Notes: generated from the sequence alone by a model not told the origin. A stretch of 60,366 bases of DNA, filler included, from 3 parts of 3 records of this genome joined end to end with filler, not necessarily neighbours in it, one strand, 5' to 3'; positions 28,802 through 43,041 are shown, counted from the first letter of the whole stretch. Translations and numbers: made by a program.

Positions 28802-29580
28802 TGTACATTTACTTTTTATTAACTATTTTTGCTTTTTTGCCTTTTGGAGCATATCTTCTTTCGCAAAAAACAAAAAATAAAGGCCTTGTTCTTGGTTTTT
28901 CTTTTTTTTATCTTCTGGCATGTTTATTAATTTACACGGGAAATTTTTACAGCTCAAACCCATATCAACTAAAAGAAGTAAATAAAAAAATAATTCAAAA
29001 AATATCTTCTGATGAGCCTATTGAGATTAACCTATACAATGAATTAACCGCATTTTCTGAAAAGAACCTTTCAAAAAATTGGATCCAACCTTATCTTTTA
29101 AATGCACTATCGCTAAAGAGCTTTAATTCAGCAGAAAGTCTCATATCTATTGCCGAAGATATTTACAGCGAGCCAAAAGAAAAGGTAATTTTCTATTCCA
29201 TGTATACACTATTAAGAGATACAAGATTTCCACTCTATTCTGAAGCGCGTTTGGATATAACATCAAGCCACCCCACCAACTGTAATCAAAATTCTTCTAT
29301 GGTAAGACTAGATATTGTAGATGGCCCAGGGGTGCCAATTGCAGAAAACTCTTTTTCAAATACCAGCGAATATTCTTTATCTAATAAAAACTCATTAATT
29401 CCAGGGTTTGATATTGCATCAGCGCTTCTAAATAATGAGTCTATAGAAATTTTTATTGAATTAAATTGCAAAGATAATAGCGAAATTTATCAATTTAATT
29501 CTATATTTATTTTTGATCCAAACTCACCATTAAATACTTATAAAATTAACTTAAATGATTGGTCTAAAAGGAAACAATAG
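28801..29580 (+). CDS. Divergent CcmI/CycH-like protein
   Basis: Two N-terminal TM segments; C-terminal GPGVPIA...LSNKNSLIPG resembles the CcmI GP.MPLA...L.D..AM.PG domain; last gene of ccm operon. Confidence 0.5.
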   Translation: MYIYFLLTIFAFLPFGAYLLSQKTKNKGLVLGFSFFYLLACLLIYTGNFYSSNPYQLKEVNKKIIQKISSDEPIEINLYNELTAFSEKNLSKNWIQPYLLNALSLKSFNSAESLISIAEDIYSEPKEKVIFYSMYTLLRDTRFPLYSEARLDITSSHPTNCNQNSSMVRLDIVDGPGVPIAENSFSNTSEYSLSNKNSLIPGFDIASALLNNESIEIFIELNCKDNSEIYQFNSIFIFDPNSPLNTYKINLNDWSKRKQ

Positions 29581-29591
29581 TTTAATATAAG

Positions 29592-29607
29592 TAGTTGTTA
29601 ACAACTA
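29592..29607. promoter_or_regulatory. Perfect 16-bp palindrome just upstream of smc (candidate operator)
   Basis: TAGTTGTTAACAACTA, ending 6 bp before the smc ATG. Confidence 0.45.
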
Positions 29608-29613
29608 ATAAAA

Positions 29614-32601
29614 ATGCAGCTTAAACACATAAAACTAGCGGGTTTTAAGAGTTTCGTAGACCCAACCAAAATAGGGTTTCCTACGAATTTAGTTGGCGTT
29701 GTCGGTCCAAATGGTTGTGGAAAATCTAATGTAATTGATGCAGTCAGATGGGTCCTTGGAGAGCTATCTGCAAAGAATCTTCGTGGTGAATCCATGGTTG
29801 ATGTAATATTCAATGGCACAGACTCCAGAAAGCCATCAGGTCAGTGCAGTATTGAGCTTCTATTTGATAATTCTAGTGGAAAGATTGGAGGAGAGTATGC
29901 ATCTTTTAATGAGATATCAATCAAAAGAGTTATGACAAGAGACGCACAGTCTACTTACTTTATTAACAACACAAAATGTCGAAGAAAAGATGTTCAGGAT
30001 ATATTCCTAGGCACTGGGTTAGGTCCAAGCTCTTATGCGATTATCGAGCAGGGCATGGTTAGTAAATTAGTGAGTGCTAAGCCTGAAGAATTAAGAACTC
30101 ATATTGAAGAAGCAGCAGGAGTTTCCAAGTATAGAGAAAGAAGAAGAGAAACAGAATCAAGAATAAAGAAAACAAAAGAAAATTTATCTAGGGTTAATGA
30201 TATAAGAGATGAAATTGCAAGATTGATAAAAAGATTAGAAAATCAAGCAAATGCAGCAGAGAAATATAACTCTCTAAAAGAAGAAGAGTCTGTAAATAAA
30301 TTTGATACTGCTATTCTATTGTCACTTCAAGCTAAAGAAGGTAAAGACAAATTTCAAAAGCAGTTAGATGGCCATAAAAGAGACTTATTGATAAAAGAGG
30401 CTGAAGCTGAGACAAAACAATCTCAGATAGATGAGTTTAGAACACAGAATGAATCAGTTGTAACAGCTTATGAGAATGCTCAAAAGAACTTTTATTCAAT
30501 AGGAGCAGAGATAGCAAAACATGAAGCTAATTTAAAAAATATAAATAGAGATGAGATAAGCAATAGAACTAATTTAGAGAGAGCAATAAAAGGCTTTCAG
30601 GAAGCATCAAAAAAAGAAGCTGCATTCAAAGATCTTAGCCCAAGAGAAAAAGAGTTAAAGTTAAATATATCTATTATAAAAGCTCTTGAGGCTTCTAAAA
30701 ATATAGAGAGCATAACCCTCCAAATCAAACCTCTTCAAAATAATAGTGCAAATAAACTTAAAGAAGTGGAAGAGTTTCAAAATAAAATTAATACTATAAA
30801 TAATGATAATATCTCTCTACTGCAAAACCTAGAAAATTCACAAAAAGAATCTTATGAAATTAATGCAGTCATAAAGAGCTTAAAAGATAATATTGAAAGA
30901 AATTACTCTATAGAATCAAAAACAAAATCAAATTTAGATATAGCAAAGAATAATTATGCAGATGCTCTAGAAAAAGAGAAAAACCTAGACAATCTAAGTC
31001 CTAAAGAAAAGGCAATGCATGTCTTAGATAGCATCATAAACGCATTAAATGAACTCAATATCAGCAAAGGTGGCTTGAAAGATAAGGCTGCCGAATTAAA
31101 GGGCTTGTTAAAAGACATACTGCAAATAGCTTCAGCTCAATCAAAGTCCTTAACAGAACAGTTTTTAAAACGACAGGAAGAATTAGAGGTGCTCTTAAAA
31201 CATACACGCAGTGATATAAATAAGACAGAAAAAGAACTCACAGAACATGAGTCAAACAAAATAAAAATTGATTCTAATTTAGAAAAGTTAAAAATAAACA
31301 AGAGTGATTTCGACAATAAAATTAAAGATATAGAAGAAGCAAAGACAAAGGTATCATTTGAGCTTAGAGCTATAGATTCTGAAATTAATAAATATAAATT
31401 AGATTTAAGAACTTATGAAATTAACCTAGAAAATGCTTCAAGCGCATTATCTAGGGCTGATATAAGCATTTCTGATCTTAACGTGACTGAATACGAGGGA
31501 ATGGACTTAGACCTTCTTGAGAACTCGCTTAATGAAGTGCAAACAAATATTTCTAAACTAGGAAATCTTAACTTTGCTTCACCAGAAGAGTACAAGCAAA
31601 GACAATCTGAGCTTGAATCACTAATAAATTCTGCACAGCTTGAAAAAAATTCAATTGAGAGTCTAATGTCTGAGCTTGTCCAGAAAAGCTCTGAATCTGA
31701 ATCTGTTTTGCTAGATATTCGACAAAAACAGTCTCATTTTAATGAAAGCCTTAGAGAGCTTGAAGGTAAAAAACAACTTGCATTGGTTGATGTAAAAAAT
31801 ATTACAGAAAAGATAACTGATACTAGATTAGAGTTAAAAACCTATGAAATTAATTTAGATAATGCTAATGAACAAATAAATAAATCAGGTTTAAAAGTTA
31901 GCGATATTGATTATGAAAAGTATCGAGATATGGAAGTCTCTAAATTACAAGATAATTTGGCTTTGATACAATCAAAAATTATTAGACTAGGCGCGATTAA
32001 TTTAGCTGCTCCAGATGAAATTTCTGCTGAAGTAAAAAGAAAAGAAGAGCTTGATATACAGTATGAAGATCTAACAAGCGCTTTAGATAAGCTGTCTTCA
32101 GCAATCAAAACTATTGATAACGAGACAAAATCAATGTTTAAAAATAGCTTTGATGCAGTAAACACAAGAATAAAAGAAGTTTTCCCAAAATTATTTGGAG
32201 GCGGTTTCGCTGAGCTTACCTTAACTGATGACGATCCTTTAAATGCAGGAGTTGTTTTAATGGCAAGACCACCAGGAAAAAAGAATTCCTCAATTTCTCA
32301 GTTATCAGGAGGAGAAAAAGCTTTAACAGCACTTTCTTTGGTTTTCTCTATCTTTGAGCTTAATCCTGCACCATTTTGTATGCTAGATGAAGTAGATGCA
32401 CCACTCGATGACCTAAACACATTGAGATTTATTAATATGGTAGAAGAGATGTCAAAAGATGTTCAGTTCATATTCATTACGCACAACAAGGTCTCAATGG
32501 AAAAAAGTGACTATCTCATGGGCGTAACCATGCAAGAACCAGGGGTGTCTAGACTTGTTTCAGTCGATATGAGCCAAGCACTTGAGTTTGTTGAGTCTTA
32601 G
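29614..32601 (+). CDS. smc: Chromosome segregation ATPase Smc; hinge-less, with internal arm duplications
   Basis: GFKSF, GPNGCGKSN, LRG..M.DVIF, IIEQG, EEAAG; C-head LSGGEK, LDEVDAPLD, ITH; upstream of zipA-ligA. Confidence 0.95.
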   Translation: MQLKHIKLAGFKSFVDPTKIGFPTNLVGVVGPNGCGKSNVIDAVRWVLGELSAKNLRGESMVDVIFNGTDSRKPSGQCSIELLFDNSSGKIGGEYASFNEISIKRVMTRDAQSTYFINNTKCRRKDVQDIFLGTGLGPSSYAIIEQGMVSKLVSAKPEELRTHIEEAAGVSKYRERRRETESRIKKTKENLSRVNDIRDEIARLIKRLENQANAAEKYNSLKEEESVNKFDTAILLSLQAKEGKDKFQKQLDGHKRDLLIKEAEAETKQSQIDEFRTQNESVVTAYENAQKNFYSIGAEIAKHEANLKNINRDEISNRTNLERAIKGFQEASKKEAAFKDLSPREKELKLNISIIKALEASKNIESITLQIKPLQNNSANKLKEVEEFQNKINTINNDNISLLQNLENSQKESYEINAVIKSLKDNIERNYSIESKTKSNLDIAKNNYADALEKEKNLDNLSPKEKAMHVLDSIINALNELNISKGGLKDKAAELKGLLKDILQIASAQSKSLTEQFLKRQEELEVLLKHTRSDINKTEKELTEHESNKIKIDSNLEKLKINKSDFDNKIKDIEEAKTKVSFELRAIDSEINKYKLDLRTYEINLENASSALSRADISISDLNVTEYEGMDLDLLENSLNEVQTNISKLGNLNFASPEEYKQRQSELESLINSAQLEKNSIESLMSELVQKSSESESVLLDIRQKQSHFNESLRELEGKKQLALVDVKNITEKITDTRLELKTYEINLDNANEQINKSGLKVSDIDYEKYRDMEVSKLQDNLALIQSKIIRLGAINLAAPDEISAEVKRKEELDIQYEDLTSALDKLSSAIKTIDNETKSMFKNSFDAVNTRIKEVFPKLFGGGFAELTLTDDDPLNAGVVLMARPPGKKNSSISQLSGGEKALTALSLVFSIFELNPAPFCMLDEVDAPLDDLNTLRFINMVEEMSKDVQFIFITHNKVSMEKSDYLMGVTMQEPGVSRLVSVDMSQALEFVES
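30292..31011 (+). repeat. Diverged tandem duplication (about 360 nt / 120 aa) in the Smc N-terminal coiled strand
   Basis: ENAQK/ENSQK (aa 287/407) and LSPREK/LSPKEK (aa 341/461; nt 30634/30994); outer boundaries approximate. Confidence 0.85.
31162..32019 (+). repeat. Diverged tandem duplication (about 429 nt / 143 aa) in the Smc C-terminal coiled strand
   Basis: KRQEELE/QRQSELE (aa 519/662), TYEINL (aa 600/743; nt 31411/31840), LGNLNFASP/LGAINLAAP (aa 649/792). Confidence 0.9.
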
Positions 32602-32602
32602 A

Positions 32603-35988
<3,386 letters not shown>

Positions 35989-35992
<4 letters not shown>

Positions 35993-38853
35993 ATATCCTT
36001 TAAAACAAAGCCTTGATCTAAGAATTCATCTCTGAATGACTCTCCTCCAATAACTGCCCTAGAGCCACTCCCAGATAAATATAATTTTGATACTCTGGAT
36101 AGATCATCAACAGTACAGTTTATGACGCTTTTCCTTAGGGCCAGTCTAGATTCTGGAGTTCTATATTCAAGCCTACTTGCATAGTCACTCGCAGCTTCGC
36201 CACTGGGAGAGAGTGGTTTATCTATAGATGATACAACACCCATAATTCCTTCCTCTAATTGAGATTCTGTTATTTGATCAATTGACCATAATCTAGCTTT
36301 TTGGAATTCACTAAATGTTTCTTTGCATTTAGGATCTCTATAAGAATAAAATTTAAAAACCCCATTATTAGAGTCCTGAGACGCCCCAGCTCCATAAGCA
36401 CCGCCTTTTTCTCTTATAGCAGAATGCAAATACCCATTTCGAAGAACTGATCCCAAAATCATCAAAGCAGCTGCATCTTCATGGTCCCAGTTAACCGTAG
36501 GAAAAGCTTCAGCACAAAAGCAAACCTGTGATCCAGTCATCCAAGCAATTTCCTGTTCCTGTGGAGAGATCAAATCAATATTTTTCCATGACTCCAAGAG
36601 TGGAGTCGTTAAGTCTAAGTTTAGCTTATCAGCTTCTAAGGAGCTTGCTGTAAAGGATATAGAAGGGGATTGACTGACTTTATTATGTATAGATATTAGT
36701 TTTCCAATAAATGATTTTAAATTTGATTCATTATCTATGTCTTTTGCTAAAGCGCTTATAAAAGAAATAGATTTAACCCCTGACATTCTTTCTAAAGTTG
36801 AGGATGCTTTATTAATTTGAGAAGATGCGCTATTCATCGCAAGAAGATGTCCATTTTGGATGATCCCTTTATCATTTGCAGAAGCTGTGAACTCTAAGAG
36901 CTCTTTAATTCTTTTTTTCTCAAAAAAGCTTGCATTCAAAATAGTGTCTTTGAGCAATTTTTGCATCAAAAATGAGTTTTTTTCTAGAGACTTTCCAGCT
37001 ATTTTAAGACCAACTCTATTTTTATCTTCATTTGATGAGGGAAGTAATACTATTGAAGCGCTGATACCTCCTGTTATTGTAGATTGATATTTTTGAACAT
37101 CTTCATATGTGTAATCTCCAATACCGATATCAGTTAAAATATTTGCATACATATTAAGAAAATCAATTTCACTATCGTCAAGTCCCTGAATTGGATATAT
37201 CAGTGAATGATAGACAATGCCGTTAGTACCAGTTTTGTAAATATATTTATTATTATTTAGGTCAGAGCTTGCATCTGGCTTAAGATATTTTCTTTGTGCA
37301 GGTATATCTGCAATTCCTACCTTTGGAAGTAATTCTGGATTATCTTCAGATTCCTGTCTCTCTTTTAGCTTTTTTGATAAATCAATGATTTTATTCTTTT
37401 CATCAATTGATAAATTTTTACTTTTTTGTTCTAACTCCCTATTTATTTTATCTTCATTCTTTTTATTAAAATTAGTATCTGGTGAAAGTGTAAATCGTAA
37501 TCTATGATTATTGTCTAGAAGCTTTTCCTTTATAAGAGTTTCTATATAGCCTTCTTTATTAAGATCATCTTTCAGTTTTTTAAAACTAGAATCTAAATCC
37601 AATATGCTCAAAGGATCATCTCTATGAATACACGCAGGTAGACAAGAGAGCATTAACTGAAGTCCAAAAGGCATTCCGCTTCCACCAATCTCGCGTTGCG
37701 ATATTTCCAGTTGATGAATAGATGATTCTATAAGCTCTTTATCAACACCATTTTTTACTAATTGCTCTAAGCACCCTAATATAAGATCTTGTATTTTCTT
37801 CTCATCACCACTTTTGGTGCCTTCCAATCCGGCAGCAAAAACTAACTCTTTTTGATCAGAGTCTAATCCTGTTAAAGGGGATAATGATTTACCCAGAGAT
37901 GTGCTTTCAAGAACCTTTCTTAGAGGAGAGGCAGAGTTGTCTAGTAACACATTAGACATCAGGTATGTGCCTAAAAGCTCTTCTGCATTATGACTTTCGC
38001 CTAATAACCATGACATAACAACATGATGATTCTCTTCGTCTCCTGGTTGAGGGTTATAGAGTTCAGTTGCTTCTAAAGGCGATGAAAACCTTTTTTCATT
38101 AGAAACAGCAATCTTTTTATTAAGAGGTTTAAATTTTGATAAAACATTTAAAGCTATAAATTCTTGTATTTCTTTTGGATCGACGTCTCCAGCAGTTAAG
38201 AAAATTGCATTTGAAGGGTGATAATGTGATTTATGGAAGTCAACCAATTCCTCATGAGTGAGTTTTAAGATATCTTCAGGATTCCCACCGCTGTTAAATC
38301 TGTATGTTGATGTTGGATATAGATGCTTAGACATACCATGCCAAAGTTGGCTAGTAACCGAGCTCATAGCCCCTTTCATTTCATTATAGACAACGCCCTT
38401 AATCTCAATTTTACTTGATATGTCATCTATATCTTTAAATTCAATTCTATGACCTTCTTGAGCAAAATCTAAATAATCCAAGTTTGGAAAAAATGAAGCA
38501 TCAAGATACACAGACAAAAGATTGTCAAAATCTTTTTTGTTTAATGTAGCAAATGGATAAGCAGTCCAATCGCTTGATGTAAAAGCATTCATAAAGGTGT
38601 TTAAAGACCTTCTTATCATCATAAAAAAAGGATCTCTAACAGGATATTTTTGAGAACCGCATAATGCAGTATGCTCTAGGATATGTGCAACACCTTTTGA
38701 ATCTTCAGGCACAGTTCTAAAAGCTACCATAAAAACCTTTTCGCCAGAATCTGAACCCAAATGAATATGAGGAAATCCAAATTCAGATTCTTCATAAACT
38801 TGTGCATTTATATCTAGTAAGGGAATATATTTTTGATCTTCTAAATTAAACAT
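35989..38853 (-). CDS. M16C insulinase-family (presequence protease-like) peptidase
   Basis: GVAHILEHTALCGS, NTFMNAFT, GVVYNEMKGA, IREKGGAYG, SYRDP. Confidence 0.95.
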
Positions 38854-38885
38854 AATAAACTTGTAAAATTAATAAAAAAAATTAA

Positions 38886-39395
38886 ATGAAATACTTAACT
38901 CTATTTTTAGCCTTCTTTTTAATAACTAGCTGCAGTATTAACCCTCAATCTTTTGTCGAGGTTGATAAAGTTGGAACTTTCAATCTTGATAATTATAGCG
39001 ATTTTAACATAAAGATAAATGAAACAAATCTCAGTTCAGATATTAACCCAATAGCACTCGAGAAATTTAGAGATGATCTTAAAAATGCACTAACTGAGAG
39101 AGGCATGCTTTTCAAGCCAGATTCTAGTCTTGTATTTGAGATAAACATAACTTCAAAAGATGAAATCGAAAGTGATAACTTCAATAATTACTATTCAAGA
39201 TACGGTTGGGATAGATATTACAGAGATGATATTCGAACAATTTCTAAATTTGCTTTAAGAATAAATCTAAAAGACATTAGCACTAACTCAACTTTATGGA
39301 CTGTTTACGCTGATTGGAGAAAAGGATCCAGTAAATCTCCAACCAAAGACGATGGTTCAAGCGCCTTGGTCGATGAAATTATCCTCAGCTTTTAA
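38886..39395 (+). CDS. Lipoprotein, DUF4136-like
   Basis: Lipobox ITSC; aromatic loop YYSRYGWDRYY; L.I.L.D......LW. Confidence 0.65.
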   Translation: MKYLTLFLAFFLITSCSINPQSFVEVDKVGTFNLDNYSDFNIKINETNLSSDINPIALEKFRDDLKNALTERGMLFKPDSSLVFEINITSKDEIESDNFNNYYSRYGWDRYYRDDIRTISKFALRINLKDISTNSTLWTVYADWRKGSSKSPTKDDGSSALVDEIILSF

Positions 39396-41172
39396 ATCTT
39401 GATGGACTCAGCGCCTCTTTAACATCTTTTCTAAGAGGACTAAATAACCCAAGAACTTCGCAAGTTATAAAATCTGCAAGAAGGGGAGCAAAACTTAAAC
39501 CTCTAGATGCTAAGGCCCCAATGCAATACACTTTCTCATGATCTAGTCTCCCAGCCAATGGAAGTCTATCTGGTGTGGTTGTTCTGATACCTGACCAAAA
39601 TTTCTTAATATTTTTTTCTTCAAATGAAATAATTTTTTTAGTTTTTTGTAATATCTCATCTTTCAATGCCTCATCTGATAATTTCTCTTCACCTTTTTCG
39701 TAAGATGAGCCGATCCAATTTATTTGATCTTGAGATGGGAGTATATATCCAGAGTGATTTAGAGGCTGTTTAATATCTTTAAGCTTATTATTATCAATGC
39801 CAACAATAGCTCCTTTCATGGTATTAACTTTATCCACATGATTATAAATGCCTGTTCCAGAGCAAATAACTAGATAATCATAAGAATCAGTATTTTTATA
39901 ATCCTTTATATTTAAATAAACCTTATTATTTTTAATTGAATGATTTTTATATTCTGAATTTGTATGGATTGTTATATTTTTATGATTTAGACATTTTGCG
40001 GATACTGCTTTTGGAGAAATTGCTCCACCAAACTTGCACAGCACACCATTATAAGATTGTGAAATATTGTTTTTATCATTAATGACTTCTTTATCAATTT
40101 CTTCAAATACATCAGACCTATTTATCTTTATAAGTCTATCAAGCCAATCTTTTCTATGATCTGAATTTGAAAGAAATAAAATACCGCTATTCACAAAATC
40201 TTTAAAATTATCAATATAAAAATTCAATGCAAAAAAATATGATTGAATTAGAAAGAAGGACCTTGGATCATCTCCTAGTGCTAATTTTGGGTACATAGCA
40301 GCCAAAGGGTTACTTGATGCCTCTGAAGCAATTTCAGAATTTTTTTCATAAACATCAACTCTGCAATTATTGTTGGCTAAATTTTTTGAAATTATTGAAG
40401 CTGCTAATCCTGAGCCTATTACTGCAACCTTATACGACGAATGGTGAGCTTTTTTGTTTTTGTTATATGTTCCAGCAAGCATATGTCTTTTTTTACTAAA
40501 ACCTTTTAATTTTTGAACTTCAAATCCACATTCCAATAAATTTCTTTTTACCATTCCAGATGAAGTATATGTTCCAAATGAAGTTTTCTCATGGCTTAGC
40601 AAAGCAACTTTCAAGAATACATTAGTTGTCCACATGTCGATATTTTTTCTTGGATCAAAGCCATCAAAATACCAAGCATCAACCATGCTCTTATTATGGA
40701 TTACACTATCTAAGCCATCTTCAATATTATCAATCACCAATAAAAGCGTAGCATTATATTCTTGTATTTTAATTTTATTGATGCCACCAAATAATACAGG
40801 AGCATATTTGAGATATAACTCTATAACGTCTTTTAATTCTGGATATAAAGATTGAATTTTCTTTATGTCTTTTCTTTTTGGGGCATATTTATCAAAGCTT
40901 ATAAAGTTTAGATGGGAACATTTGCTTTTAGTCTCTATCCAATTTTTAAGAGTTATAAAAAAATTTAAACCTAGACCAAAACCAAGCTCTCCAATATTGA
41001 ACTCCCGTTCTTCAATAGAACTCCATCTCTTTAATAAATTATTAGAATCTAAAAAAACGTGGGTAGTTTCATTGATAACATCATCTTGATAATATATATC
41101 ATCATATTTATCTGAAAATGGGTATCCTCTATCCCATGATATTTGATTTAACAAAGGTTTTATTGGTCTCAT
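39385..41172 (-). CDS. mnmC: Bifunctional tRNA mnm5s2U34 biosynthesis protein
   Basis: S..YDDIY, ELGFGLGLNF, DAWYFDGF.P, KRHML; FAD domain VIGSG, RTTTPDRLP, SRGL. Confidence 0.93.
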   Translation of the reverse strand: MRPIKPLLNQISWDRGYPFSDKYDDIYYQDDVINETTHVFLDSNNLLKRWSSIEEREFNIGELGFGLGLNFFITLKNWIETKSKCSHLNFISFDKYAPKRKDIKKIQSLYPELKDVIELYLKYAPVLFGGINKIKIQEYNATLLLVIDNIEDGLDSVIHNKSMVDAWYFDGFDPRKNIDMWTTNVFLKVALLSHEKTSFGTYTSSGMVKRNLLECGFEVQKLKGFSKKRHMLAGTYNKNKKAHHSSYKVAVIGSGLAASIISKNLANNNCRVDVYEKNSEIASEASSNPLAAMYPKLALGDDPRSFFLIQSYFFALNFYIDNFKDFVNSGILFLSNSDHRKDWLDRLIKINRSDVFEEIDKEVINDKNNISQSYNGVLCKFGGAISPKAVSAKCLNHKNITIHTNSEYKNHSIKNNKVYLNIKDYKNTDSYDYLVICSGTGIYNHVDKVNTMKGAIVGIDNNKLKDIKQPLNHSGYILPSQDQINWIGSSYEKGEEKLSDEALKDEILQKTKKIISFEEKNIKKFWSGIRTTTPDRLPLAGRLDHEKVYCIGALASRGLSFAPLLADFITCEVLGLFSPLRKDVKEALSPSRFKS

Positions 41173-41210
41173 ATTAGAGTTAGAATTTGGTTAGTTAACA
41201 TAAGGCGCAT

Positions 41211-42914
41211 ATGAAGTATTTTTCTATAATAGTATTACTAATTGTAACTTCTTGTTCTAAAGAGGTGAATGAATTGCCACAAATTCCTAAATCGTCAGGT
41301 GTTGAAGCTCTAATAGCCCATAGCCAGGAATTTAATAAAGAATTGTATTCTTTTAGTACGCCTGGAGGACTTATTCATATAGCTGTTGGTTATGGAATAG
41401 CAAACTCTATTATGGTTGAGGGGGAGGGCGGAAATATAATAATAGATGCTTCAGACAGCACATCTCAAGCAGCAAAAGTGCATGAATTATTTAAAAGTAA
41501 AAATAATAATCCAATAAAGGCAATTATTTACACACACAACCATGGAGATCATACATTTGGAGCCGAATATTATATAAATAATCAGCAAGAAAGACCGCAA
41601 ATTATCTCTCACGAAACAACAGATCATTATACTCAGCGCATTATGGGTATTATCAATCCAATAATTGCAAAGAGAAGCACTAGAATGTTCGGAACACTTC
41701 TTCCAGATGATCAATTTATAAATGCAGGCATTGGTTCAAGTTTAAATGTTTCTGATTCCCCAATAGGTTACATAAAGCCTGACACTGTTTTTAGAGATGA
41801 ATTAAAGATAACTATTGCAGGTATTGATCTAGAGTTGTATCACGCACCAGGCGAGACCAATGATCAGATTTTTGTTTGGCTACCTCAACATGAATCATTA
41901 ATGCCAGGAGACAATATCTACAATACATTTCCTAATCTTTATACAATCAGAGGAACAACTCATAGAAATGTCACTGGTTGGATAGATAGTTTGGATCATA
42001 TGAGATCCTTTAAACCAAAGTATCTATTTCCAAGTCATACCAAGCCTATTGAGGGTGAAGATGCTACAAAAGCTTTAATTGTCTACAGAGACGCTATTCA
42101 ATTTGTTCATGATCAAACTATAAGATTTATGAATAAAGGTTATTATCCAAATGAAATTGTTCAGATGATAAATCTTCCTCCTAATTTAGCATCCTCCCCT
42201 TTATTAAGAGAATTCTATGGAACAGTAAGATGGTCTGTAAAAAGCATTTATAATGGATATCTTGGATGGTTTGATGGAAACCCTTCTAGCCTTGATCCTC
42301 TTCCTAATAAATTAGAAGGACAAAAGATCGCATCTCTTGTTGGAGGAAATGAAATTCTATTTAGCAGTCTAGAAGCAGCTGTTAACAATGAAGATATGCA
42401 ATGGGCACTTCAACTTTCAGATTATTTACTTAACTTAGAGTTTAGAACAGTCGAAACTAATAAACTTAGAAAAGAAGCATTGCTATATATTGGCAGCAGG
42501 GCATCAAACCCAAATAAAAGAAATTATTTTTTAACTGCTGCGCTTGAGCTAGATCCTTCTTTTGAAGGATTCCCTGAGGTTAAAAAAAGTGATTCAATTT
42601 TAAATGAAATCAATTTAGATACTATTTTTAACATTTTAAGTGTTAGTTTTAATCCAGAAAACTCTCACAAAGGAACATATTCTGTTTGTTTCAGATTTAA
42701 ATCTGGTCAAGAAAGAGCTGCAACTATTAGAAACAGTGTTTTAGAGATTTCTAAAAATTTGCAACACTGCGATCTTAATATCAAAACTTCTGAAAGAGCT
42801 TTTAAAGAAACTTTAGCAGGTTTAAAAAACCCCGTTTTACAAGTAGCATCTGGAAAGATAGATGTTGAAGAAAGTGAGGTAGATTTTTTTAAATTTTTGG
42901 CTTTATTTAAATAA
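41211..42914 (+). CDS. Alkyl/aryl sulfatase (MBL fold, SdsA1/YjcS-like), lipoprotein
   Basis: Lipobox VTSC; YTHNHGDH, APGET.D, PNLYTIRG, PSH, HDQT, YLGWFDGNP; SCP2-like C-terminus. Confidence 0.9.
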   Translation: MKYFSIIVLLIVTSCSKEVNELPQIPKSSGVEALIAHSQEFNKELYSFSTPGGLIHIAVGYGIANSIMVEGEGGNIIIDASDSTSQAAKVHELFKSKNNNPIKAIIYTHNHGDHTFGAEYYINNQQERPQIISHETTDHYTQRIMGIINPIIAKRSTRMFGTLLPDDQFINAGIGSSLNVSDSPIGYIKPDTVFRDELKITIAGIDLELYHAPGETNDQIFVWLPQHESLMPGDNIYNTFPNLYTIRGTTHRNVTGWIDSLDHMRSFKPKYLFPSHTKPIEGEDATKALIVYRDAIQFVHDQTIRFMNKGYYPNEIVQMINLPPNLASSPLLREFYGTVRWSVKSIYNGYLGWFDGNPSSLDPLPNKLEGQKIASLVGGNEILFSSLEAAVNNEDMQWALQLSDYLLNLEFRTVETNKLRKEALLYIGSRASNPNKRNYFLTAALELDPSFEGFPEVKKSDSILNEINLDTIFNILSVSFNPENSHKGTYSVCFRFKSGQERAATIRNSVLEISKNLQHCDLNIKTSERAFKETLAGLKNPVLQVASGKIDVEESEVDFFKFLALFK

Positions 42915-42941
42915 TTTAAAATTATTTCATATTAAGTGTTG

Positions 42942-43041
42942 NNNNNNNNNNNNNNNNNNNNNNNNNNNNNNNNNNNNNNNNNNNNTTAATTAATTAANNN
43001 NNNNNNNNNNNNNNNNNNNNNNNNNNNNNNNNNNNNNNNNN
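42942..43041. other. Artificial contig-joining spacer (N44-TTAATTAATTAA-N44)
   Basis: Same structure as first spacer; GC content rises visibly after it. Confidence 0.99.

Noticed and set aside
29614-32601. Smc as a Wadjet/JetC, MksB, RecN or Rad50-type protein
   Set aside because: Head motifs and smc-zipA-ligA context are those of housekeeping Smc; no partner genes or Zn hook nearby
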